This document shows positions 8,226 to 17,700 of a stretch of 39,516 bases of DNA, one piece after another. The notes under the pieces are model-generated. The model was not told the origin of the DNA and made no database searches. It was given only the letters and a program-made list of their open reading frames with translations. Origin of the DNA: a virus (taxonomy: Duplodnaviria > Caudoviricetes). The DNA is taken from positions 1 through 39,516 of IMG/VR virus record IMGVR_UViG_3300022178_004106, one strand, 5' to 3'. The position numbers and the translations under genes are program-made. The number at the start of each line of letters is the position of its first letter. Position 1 is the first letter of the stretch.

Positions 8226-8441
8226 ATGAAAGAACAAACTTTAATGAATATGAAGCATGACATGGGCAAAATAGCCGAAGCTCTGCACAATAATATACAA
8301 AACATAGTACATATAAACACGTTAACTCAGGGCTTGTTAGAGACCATTAAATTGATGCCAGGGTACAAGGAAGCTATAGATAAATTATTAGAAAACCAAG
8401 CTAAACAACCAGACGTAGATGTGGAACAAAAATTGGATTAA
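8226..8441 (+). CDS. Hypothetical protein between nrdB and nrdA
   Basis: 71-aa helical ORF with an A-rich start context. Confidence 0.6.
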   Translation: MKEQTLMNMKHDMGKIAEALHNNIQNIVHINTLTQGLLETIKLMPGYKEAIDKLLENQAKQPDVDVEQKLD

Positions 8442-10140
8442 AGGAGATGATTACCCTGAGTGGGGTGATACAGAAGTATATAAGAAAACTATATCAGGAG
8501 GATATTTATATGATGGAGAAACACCAAAAGAAGCATACCATAGGGTATCTAAAACAGTTGCTCGTAGGTTATACAAGCCGGAAATGGCGGAAACGTTCTT
8601 CCAATACATTTGGAATGGTTGGCTTTGCCTCGCTAGCCCAGTATTATCTAACACAGGTACTGATCGGGGTTTGCCTATTAGCTGTTTCGGGATTGATGTG
8701 GCTGATAGCATCCAAGATATAGGACAAAAGAATTTAGAAATGATGTTACTCGCTAAGCATGGCGGTGGAGTTGGCGTTGGTATTAATCAAATTAGACCCG
8801 CTGGCAGTAATATAACAGGTAATGGAACATCAGATGGAGTCGTACCCTTCGCTAAAATTTTTGACTCAACAATTCTCGCAACTAATCAAGGATCTGTCCG
8901 TCGCGGAGCTGCCTCAGTTAATATCAATATTGAACATGGAGATTTCGAACAGTGGCTTGAGATTAGAGAACCTAAAGGGGATGTCAACAGGCAGTCACTT
9001 AACCTTCATCAGTGCGCAATTGTTGGTGATAAATTTATGCGAAAACTTGAACAAGGAGATGCAGATGCAAGGACTCGATGGAGTAAACTACTTAGAAAGC
9101 GAAAAGCAACTGGAGAACCGTACATTATGTTTAAAGGGAATGTTAACAAAGCAAATCCAGAAGCATATAAAGAAAATGGATTAAAGGTTCACATGACTAA
9201 TATATGTTCAGAGATTACATTACACACCGATGAAAGCCACAGTTTTGTATGTTGCTTATCATCATTAAACCTAGCTAAATATGAAGAGTGGAAAGATACT
9301 AACCTTATCTATGACGCCACGTTCTTTCTTGACGGAGTTATGGAGGAATTTATTCAAAGAGCCAAGGGGTTACGCGGATTCGAAAATGCTATACGATCTG
9401 CGCAGAAAGGGCGAGCATTGGGCTTGGGAGTCCTTGGATGGCATACGTATCTCCAAGAGAAAGGTATTCCTTTCGAAGGTTTATTATCTCAGTTTGAAAC
9501 TAGGAAGATATTTTCGCAAATCAAAATTGAAAGCGAAAGAGCCTCTATGGATCTTGCTGAAATTTATGGAGAACCTTTATGGTGTGCTGGTACTGGTATG
9601 CGTAATACTCACTTGCGTGCTGTTGCTCCCACTGTTTCTAATAGCAAGCTTAGTGGAAATGTTTCTCCGGGAATAGAGCCATGGGCTGCTAATGTATTCA
9701 CAGAGCAAAGCGCTAAAGGTACTTTTATTAGGAAAAACCTAACACTTGTTAAACTACTAGAAAAACATAACTTAAACAATGAAAAAACATGGAATAAGAT
9801 ATTGGCTGACGGTGGTTCAGTACAGGATATTGACGGGTTGGATGATATTACCGTTGGTGATCATAACATACCTGCCAAAGAAGTTTTTAAGACATTTAAA
9901 GAGATCAATCAGCTGGAACTCATTGCCCAGGCCGGATTAAGACAACAGTATGTAGATCAGTCTGTTAGTTTAAATCTTGCTTTTCCAGCGGAGGCAACTC
10001 CTAAATGGCTTAACAAAGTACACATGGAAGCTTGGAAGAAAGGTGTTAAAACCTTATACTATACAAGAACAGAAAGTGTGCTGCGAGGGGATATTGCCGC
10101 GTCCGCAATGGATGAGGATTGTCTCGCATGTGATGGATAG
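8419..10140 (+). CDS. nrdA: Class I ribonucleotide reductase alpha subunit (no ATP cone)
   Basis: PISCF, KHGGGVG, QGSVRRGA, TNICSEI active site, AVAPT, VDQSVS, KTLYY, C-terminal CLAC. Confidence 0.93.
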   Translation: MWNKNWIKGDDYPEWGDTEVYKKTISGGYLYDGETPKEAYHRVSKTVARRLYKPEMAETFFQYIWNGWLCLASPVLSNTGTDRGLPISCFGIDVADSIQDIGQKNLEMMLLAKHGGGVGVGINQIRPAGSNITGNGTSDGVVPFAKIFDSTILATNQGSVRRGAASVNINIEHGDFEQWLEIREPKGDVNRQSLNLHQCAIVGDKFMRKLEQGDADARTRWSKLLRKRKATGEPYIMFKGNVNKANPEAYKENGLKVHMTNICSEITLHTDESHSFVCCLSSLNLAKYEEWKDTNLIYDATFFLDGVMEEFIQRAKGLRGFENAIRSAQKGRALGLGVLGWHTYLQEKGIPFEGLLSQFETRKIFSQIKIESERASMDLAEIYGEPLWCAGTGMRNTHLRAVAPTVSNSKLSGNVSPGIEPWAANVFTEQSAKGTFIRKNLTLVKLLEKHNLNNEKTWNKILADGGSVQDIDGLDDITVGDHNIPAKEVFKTFKEINQLELIAQAGLRQQYVDQSVSLNLAFPAEATPKWLNKVHMEAWKKGVKTLYYTRTESVLRGDIAASAMDEDCLACDG

Positions 10141-10162
10141 TAAGCATATATGTTTACAATAT

Positions 10163-10197
10163 AAAACGCCAGTAAAATTAATTACTGGCGTTTTTTT
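10163..10197. terminator. Bidirectional intrinsic terminator between the convergent modules
   Basis: AAAACGCCAGTAA / TTACTGGCGTTTT inverted repeat with T7 on the + strand and A4 on the other side. Confidence 0.85.
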
Positions 10198-10264
10198 ATT
10201 CATTATAGTTTTTAAACATAAGCCGATACATTAGCTTATTCCAATAGCTTTTTAGTTTTTTCAT
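10196..10264 (-). CDS. 22-aa cationic amphipathic peptide (not in ORF track)
   Basis: MKKLKSYWNKLMYRLMFKNYNE; begins 4 nt after the previous stop and ends at the terminator. Confidence 0.4.
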   Translation of the reverse strand: MKKLKSYWNKLMYRLMFKNYNE

Positions 10265-10268
10265 AGGT

Positions 10269-10415
10269 TTATTTTTTTTTACAACTTCCTTTTGCGTTTT
10301 TCTTAGTTCCCGGTACTCGTTCGTATCCTTGCCAGCATTTAGCGGGAGACCCTATTATATATCCGTTATTACCCTTTATACCTAAACCTTGAGGCCCTAT
10401 TCCTTTTGTTCTCAT
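10269..10415 (-). CDS. 48-aa basic protein with SPAK and CWxGY motifs (not in ORF track)
   Basis: MRTKGIGPQGLGIKGNNGYIIGSPAKCWQGYERVPGTKKNAKGSCKKK; ATGA overlap with the upstream gene. Confidence 0.65.
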   Translation of the reverse strand: MRTKGIGPQGLGIKGNNGYIIGSPAKCWQGYERVPGTKKNAKGSCKKK

Positions 10416-10813
10416 GACTTTTTGTTTTTACTGCAAAAGCTAGACGCTGCTCCAACGCTACCAAATCCCCATTTTTTTAAAGCCATTGCTTTTCTTGTTG
10501 GCTCACCTTTCTCATCTTTCATAGCTCCTTTCATACCTGCAAATCTGCATGCAAATGAAACTCTTCTAGGGCTAGTACCTGATAAATGTCTTTTACCTAA
10601 TGTCTTTCCGGTTTCTTTCGTATAATCAGATCGCATTTTACGGTTTGATTTTTCGTAAGCAGCATTTTTAATTTTTGCTGGCGAAGGATTAACCTCAGGC
10701 ACAGCTCCGCCGGACCCATCGGCATTCATTGATATTTCCATACCTTTAGGCATACTCACGCCGCTTCGGGCATTCCTTACTCTTGTTGTTATTGGTTTTA
10801 AACAGTTCCCCAT
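10412..10813 (-). CDS. Small basic late protein (possible virion internal/DNA-binding protein)
   Basis: K/R-rich; RRVSFACRFAGMKG..KWG module; PITTRV and SPAK motifs. Confidence 0.65.
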   Translation of the reverse strand: MGNCLKPITTRVRNARSGVSMPKGMEISMNADGSGGAVPEVNPSPAKIKNAAYEKSNRKMRSDYTKETGKTLGKRHLSGTSPRRVSFACRFAGMKGAMKDEKGEPTRKAMALKKWGFGSVGAASSFCSKNKKS

Positions 10814-10818
10814 AATTT

Positions 10819-11205
10819 TTATTTAGTTGTGTTATCCCATCTTGCGTTTTTACCTCGCATGTCTATATGTGTAAATGTATTGTATCTTCCTACTCCACCG
10901 GAGCTTAGTACTTCTTCAGCCATTAATCTTTCAATCAACGTAGCTACCTCTTCAGGAGTCATACCTTCTACAGTAATATCAGCAGCCTTACCTAATACAT
11001 GCTGACTTGTAGATTTACTGCCGATGCTTTTGTTATGTTCCTCACAGCGATACGAGCTATTAATGTTTATTCTGCTTTGCGTTCTAAACCGCAGAAACTG
11101 CAATGTATCCGCTAGCCTGAATACATTTTCCATTACACTACGGGTCATCTCACACCCGCATTTGCATTGGAATTCGCTTAAATTAAAGTTTGCTGTTAAT
11201 CTCAT
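10819..11205 (-). CDS. Peptidase M15A-family endolysin
   Basis: NFNLSEFQCKCG, INSSYRC..HN, SQHVLGKAADI (SxHxxGxAxD), FTHID. Confidence 0.85.
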   Translation of the reverse strand: MRLTANFNLSEFQCKCGCEMTRSVMENVFRLADTLQFLRFRTQSRININSSYRCEEHNKSIGSKSTSQHVLGKAADITVEGMTPEEVATLIERLMAEEVLSSGGVGRYNTFTHIDMRGKNARWDNTTK

Positions 11206-11210
11206 TCTTC

Positions 11211-11366
11211 TTAATTTTTTTTATTCAAGGATACCCATTTTGTCAATGTATAACCTATGGTTATAAGTAGAAGTAATATTTTTAGCCAGTCCTCTATTCC
11301 CGTGAATGTTGTTACACCTAAAGTGCCTCCGTTTATTAAGTACAGTTTTATTTCGCTTATGCTCAT
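11211..11366 (-). CDS. Holin-like small membrane protein (not in ORF track)
   Basis: MSISEIKLYLINGGTLGVTTFTGIEDWLKILLLLITIGYTLTKWVSLNKKN; hydrophobic segments and basic tail; stop lies 5 nt before the endolysin start. Confidence 0.6.
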   Translation of the reverse strand: MSISEIKLYLINGGTLGVTTFTGIEDWLKILLLLITIGYTLTKWVSLNKKN

Positions 11367-11377
11367 GCTTTATTTTT

Positions 11378-11791
11378 TTACATTACCCCTTTTCTACTAC
11401 GTGGCTTATAGTTTTTTTCGTACTCCTCTGTTCTAATAGCGCGATCTTCTATTCTAGCAGCTCTTTTTAATAGCCTATCAGCTTTCCTATCTCTTCCTTC
11501 GTCAACCGCTTTTTTTCCTTTGTCGGCTACTTTTTCTGCCCTAGCAAATCTTTTTGTAGAACGCTTGTTGTCCATTTGTTTAGCAGGAGATGCATCCCTA
11601 GCTCCGCCGCATGGCTTACCTAGACAAGATTTTGATGAGTCACGAAGACCGTACGTAACGCCTTTAGGTGTTTCCTTAGCGTTTGGGTTTCGCTTGTTTA
11701 TTTTTGTACTTTGTGCTTTTCTTAATTGTTTAGCAGGGGAACAGGCGCCGCCTCTAGCTTTAGCTACTCTAGTTGTTATTGGTAAGTTCAT
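11378..11791 (-). CDS. Small highly basic late protein
   Basis: K/R-rich; PITTRV N-terminus and two SPAKQ motifs. Confidence 0.65.
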   Translation of the reverse strand: MNLPITTRVAKARGGACSPAKQLRKAQSTKINKRNPNAKETPKGVTYGLRDSSKSCLGKPCGGARDASPAKQMDNKRSTKRFARAEKVADKGKKAVDEGRDRKADRLLKRAARIEDRAIRTEEYEKNYKPRSRKGVM

Positions 11792-11793
11792 AG

Positions 11794-14700
11794 TTATTTA
11801 TTTTTATTAGCTTCTTCTTTTTCTTTTCTTTTTTTAGCTAGCGCAGCTCTAAACCTTTCATTTTCTACATACGCCAATGAATCTTTTTTCTTTTTGGTTT
11901 TAGCTCTTGTATTTCTAGATTTTATTTTTCTTCGCTGTCTTTTTTCCCAGTCTTCTAGGTCTCTATCATCTTGCGATAATTTAGATCTTCTGTCTTTCTC
12001 CTCCATTTCCTCTAGAAGTTTCTTCTGCTTTCTTTTTTCCTTGTTCTCTTCTTTTTTGCGCTCCTTATTTTCTGACTTTATCCTTACCTCTATTAAGTCG
12101 TTTTCCTCATTCTTAGATCCAACGTTCCAAGTCTTCCAACCTAATGCTAAAGCTATCCTTTGCCATGCAGTGTTTCTAGAATCTAGGGCTTCTGTTATTG
12201 AATTAAGTTCATCAACTACCCTAGCTGTTGGTATATTAAGTGTTCCTTCAATAAGATTACCTGCAGAAGACCACCTAGGACTTAAATTGAATTTACCGTC
12301 TATGGTCACATCCCAGCCTCTTTCGCTTATAACTTCTTTGTCAAACCTTTCTGTTTTAATAAAGTTAACTACCTTTCTTCCTTTTGATCCTACCGCTGGT
12401 GATATATTAAGTAGCGCTATAAGGGTTTTAGAATCGTCTGCTAAAAATCCTCTGTCTTCCTGCTTTTTGTATTCTATTATAGCGTTCTTTAAAATAGATA
12501 CAACCGCTCCAGGTAAACCAAATCCTCCTTTAAGAGTAGTGTCTACCATTGAATTTATAACCTGAAAAAGTTTTTTGTCTGTTTTTTCCTGCATAGTCAA
12601 ATCGCCTTCCTTTTCTTCATCGTCATTAAATCCTGGTATAAGCGCAAACATTGCGGCTTGTAGAGATGAGAAAATAGCATTTTGAATAGCCCCGTAATAT
12701 ATTATTTTACTGAAATTAGAAAAGTCACTTTGTGCTTGCGACATACCCGGCGTTCTTCTTCTGTTGTATATATCCTGAGCAGATTTTTTAATTGACCTAT
12801 TTAGCTGTATAGGTGTGTTCATGAAATTTAAAACAACCCTACCAAGTGAACTAGATTGATCTGAGGATATTAAAGCAGGATCACCTGATTGCTGTGTTTC
12901 ATCTGAAATTTTACTAAAGTCTTCAAAAGCTTGCTTTTCAGCTTCCTTCTGTGTATACTTAGGTTCTCCATCTGCACTCTTTTCTTTTAGATAAGTCTTT
13001 AACCTATTTCTATAGAAGGTAGCTCCACCTGATGCGATAGCAAAACTATCTACCATTTGTGTAGGTGTAAATCCTATTTTAAGTAAATAATTCAATGCCG
13101 CAGATGCTTTGTCCGTAGCTCCCGTGACTGCGCTGGCAAGTTCAGCCGCATTAACATCTGTTTTTAATCCTGACCTTCTTTGCTTTAATTTTGCTGAATT
13201 AAATATCATAGCGAAGTCAGACCAAAATTGCTTTTGATTAGCGAATGCTGCCGCTGCCTTCATTGGATTATTGTCACTCCAGTTTACAAAGTTTACAGTA
13301 GATAGCGTTTGTAGTAATGCAGATCTTCTGTTAAAGAACATGATAGCTCCAATTGAGTTGTTTAACCAGTTGTTCCATCTTTGCTCGTTCTTTTTCATAC
13401 CAGCAGCTCTATTCGTACCGTTTTTCATTCGGTATAGAATATCTTCAATGGCTTCTCTATGGTCTTTTCCGTATATAGCTTCTACCTTATTTAGGTTAGC
13501 CTCGCTAAAAATTAAATCGGCATTGTCAATAAACTCCTTAAGGTATTCTTTTCTACCCGCTTTTTCCGTAAAGTTATTAATATCGGACAATATGGTTTGT
13601 ACGTCCCAATAATCAGAAGGCTTAGACCATTCTTTTCTTTGAGACATTTGCAGCGCTCCTTTAGCGTAAGCTAATAGTTCAGCATCATTCTGAACATACC
13701 TAACAAGTTCTCTTTCTTGCTTTCTAGTAAGCCCAGGTATTTCGTACCCGGCTTTATTCCAAAGGTATACCCTTAGTGCTTGATCATGCGTATGCACCAT
13801 ACCCGGAATTTTTTTACCAAGCTTTTTCAGCACAGGTTTAAACTTCTTGTTAAGTGCCGCAAATCCATTTTTAAGTGATTGCTTAACTTGGTCCATTTCA
13901 TTTATACCTCTCCAGTACGGTGTAACCAAGGCATCTTGGAAAAACTTCTGGTCAGCCTCTCCCTGTCTACCTTTGCCTGCAAATGTATATTCCGTAAGGC
14001 CTCTGAAATCTTCAAGCGAAGAAGGCATCCATATTTTGAATCTGCCTTTGTTCTTACCCAGTTGACGCCCTTCTACCTCTGTTAATCTTTTTCTAGATTT
14101 TATACCGGAAGCTCTTTCGAGCATATCGTTAAAGTTTTTATTTGATGATCTACTGAATTTAACTCTAGATCTTTGTGTTGGGCCTTTAACATCAAACGTA
14201 TTAAGTATGTCTCTTACGGCCTTAGGTTGATTTTTAAAATCTACTATGGATAATTCTGTTTGTCCTTTAACGCCTTTGCCTTTAAGTGCCTTACCCACAG
14301 CTTTAACGTTGCCCATGTGATCGTCAGCAAAGTAGAAATCGTTGTAGCCATCGGCTATCTTACCAACCATCCAATCAGCTTTGGCTTGTGGCGATCCGTT
14401 ACCTAAGCCTGTGATGTTCTCTATAGGTATGTTTAGTCCTTCAGACTTTAAAAATTCGTGTATCGCTTTAGCGGAATTCGCTGGTCTTGCAGTTAAAACA
14501 AATATGTCTTTGTTGGTGTACTTGCCTTCTTTCTTTTGTGCTTCGCTAAACAATGGTCCTAGCTCGCCTTTCATTACTTTACTGAATTCACTAAAGTCAA
14601 ACTCAACACCTTGATCCAGCATTGCTTCGGATTTAGCGGCGAATTGAGCAGCGGTTAGCTTACCCTTCGTGCCGTCAGGCATAACGTATAGCACATTACT

Positions 14701-17700
14701 TTTCGTGCGGGCCAGCGTGTCGTCAAAGTCAAATACGCTAATACCCTTAGGCGTTTGAGAGTATTTAATGCTCGCTGTGTTATCTATAGCGGTCTGCTTC
14801 GTTATAGACAATTTGGTGTTAAGTATTTTGTCTATAGTAGCAATAGCAGATTCTTCATTAAACATATTAGAAGAACTTTTATCACCTAATGCGTTGGCGC
14901 TTATGTTCGTAACTTGTAGCTCAGCTACCATGTTTAAGGTAACAAATTTACCCTCTCCGGAATAATTTGATCTAGCTTTAATCCTAACTTCTGCGTCTCC
15001 CTTTAATTCTGGTAACCCCGTTCCCAAGTAATCGGGCCCCATAACAAAATTGCCTAGGTCAGCAAAAGTTATGTAATTTACGTCTTTAGAATTATACAAC
15101 GTTGAGGCAATATCAAGCCCCCCTTCGACAACAAACTTTTGTTCAGCTCCAAGAAGCAAAGGCTGTATTATCTCATGATAATACCAAGAAGGCATTTTAT
15201 ATCCTAAATTTTCTCCTTCGTCTTTTATTATACGATCTTTAGGATCTAGTTTTTTAGTATTACCATTCTTGTCTACGTACGTGTTAGTTTTAAATGATTT
15301 TTTTATTATATCTACAATGGTTTCTAATTCTTTATTTTCTTTTATTTTTTCAACCAATGTGTTTCCAAAATCAGATGGGACTGCGCTTCTGCCCACGTAT
15401 GTTTTAGCAGTATCAAACCATTTAGATATATACACAGTGGCTATTCTAGCAGTTTTCCCTCCTTTTATTTCCCAGTTTACGTTTTCCCCGTCTACCTGAA
15501 AGGCTAAGTCCGGCTTAAAAGAATCTTTTTGTACTCCTTTTTGTATTATAGAAAGTCCAGGCATTGCTCCTGCTAACTTATTAATTAAGTCCACAACAAT
15601 TTTTTCTTTGCTTTGCCAATCCTTTTTTATATACTTACTTATTGCAAGATTGATAGGCGTAACAAGGTTTTCGTTAGCCCACGCTTTTTCTTCTTGGTTT
15701 AATTTGCTAAGAAAATCGGATTGAAATTTTTTACGGGCTCTTGCGGTTCCAAAACCAGTAGACCCACGGAATTGTATAGCTAGCTCCCGTCCTCTTTGTG
15801 GCGTGACCCCTTTAGAAAACTTAATGTTTCCCCTGTCAATATCTCTTTCTATTTTTTCTATAAAGTTTTCAGCAAGCACCGCCCCCAGTCTTTCTTGATT
15901 GTTTTCAAACGCTTCACTTATATCACTAGCAGGATCTGCTAAATCAGCAGAGAATATTTCAAATGAAATTTCTTCACCCATAGCTTTAGCCAACGCTTCT
16001 TTTCTACCTCTTATTGGATTACCAGTTTCATCTAGTACTTGCGATAAAAACTCTTGATCTGTTACGGCTCTATTTACATTAGGCACTCTTCTAGTGAGCT
16101 CAGCCCCAGATGTTCTACCAGCATTATCAGTGCTAGTGGTTTCTCTGTCTATTTTTTTGCCAACCCAAGCAGGATAGGATACATATCTGCCATCTATCTT
16201 TTTTTGTATAGCTTGAGGTATTCCACCGCTTCCGTCTTTACCCATTAAGAATGTAGTGGTAAGATTTTCCAGTATGACCTTTTTGTTTTTAAGTAAAAAC
16301 TTTCTAAGCTTCAGGTCTTTTTTACCGCCCATAGCCTTTTTAAGGTCTATATCAGCCTGTTTACCCATTTCGTACTGTATCTCAGCCATAAGCGGAGTTA
16401 TTGTACGATTGCTAGATATAGCGACATCCATTCTAGTTTTTAAAGTACGGATTGTCGATTTTAGTTTATTACGGATGGCATCGATAACCTCTGTAGATAC
16501 CACGCTAGCCTCTGTGAATTTTCTAAACTTAGGTTTTTCTTTTACTTCATTTGAACTTTCTTCTGCTACGATACCTTTAGCGGCTGTTACGTCTTCCGTA
16601 AAGGTGTTTTCAGTCACTCTACCAGTCTTTAACGCACCTCTCATTCTATTACCTAGCTGAGCCATTGTATAGCCGAATAAGGAGTCGTTTTTAGCTGGAT
16701 CAAACTTCTTTATATAAGGTATAAGACTAGCTATAGTTTCGCTAACCATGTTATCCATTTCAAACCCCGGAAGATTCGTAAGATTAACTATATTGTTACC
16801 TGCTGTTTTAAATGCCTTTACTTTAGAACGGATCATGCCCGCTAAAACTTCATATATAGCCCCTTCATTAGGGTTAAAACCATCTGGATTGTTACCTATA
16901 GCGTCTAGTTTCTTTTTAGACTTTGCAGTAACATCACTTAGGCTTTGCTCATCTTTTTTAGATGCTTGCGGTGCATCAATATCAAGTTCTTTTTTAGCTT
17001 TAGACTTAGGCTTCGGCTTGGCTGCCGCTGTTTTAGGAGGATTTTCAATGTTTTCTAATTCCTCTTCTAGCTTATCTATTTTTCTGTCGTGAGTATCCTG
17101 GTCTATAAAGCCCTGCATTAGATCATCGCTTATTTCATCGATCTCTGCGTCAATAGCCTCCATCCTGTTTTCCTCTGCCTCAGTAAGCTTTCTTGACCTA
17201 GACAAAGAAACGTCTTCAGTGTCTTCAGGATTTTTAGCACTTTTCTCTACTATTGGTCTTGGCTTTTTGTTGTATTTTTGCCCAAAGTGAGCAGCTTTGT
17301 TAAAGTCCCTTACAAAGAAATACGCGTCTTTACCGGTTTTAAAGTATTCGGTATCCTTACCATTGGCTCCTAATAAGAAAGCGTTTACAAAAGCTTTTAT
17401 TTTTACTAGCAAAGGAGGATTGGGCTTAAACCCGTCAGCAAAAATATCGGACATGGCATTCAACGCTTCTTCATAGTAGTTAGATGATCCTTCGTAGCTC
17501 TCGTCTAGTCTGAATTTAATTTTAGCATATAAATTTTTATCCGTTTTTTGCAAAAAATCTAAAAGATCTTCTCCGGCCTTGTCTATTGCTTTTTGGTTTC
17601 CGCCGTAGTTTTCTTGAGCATATTTATGCAGTATTTCGTGAGCATAAATACCTACCCTACCGTTTTTAGCTGCTTTATTTATGTCTACTATTATCTTATT

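Noticed and set aside
8447-10234. Series of +1-frame ORFs inside nrdA
   Set aside because: The frame is broken by stops, has no recognisable motifs, and is explained by codon bias of the main gene.
14716-14733. FDFDDT as a crAss-type virion RNA polymerase catalytic motif (DFDID/DxDGD)
   Set aside because: It is DxDxT after a hydrophobic strand and is followed by HAD motifs II-IV, so a HAD phosphatase fits better.
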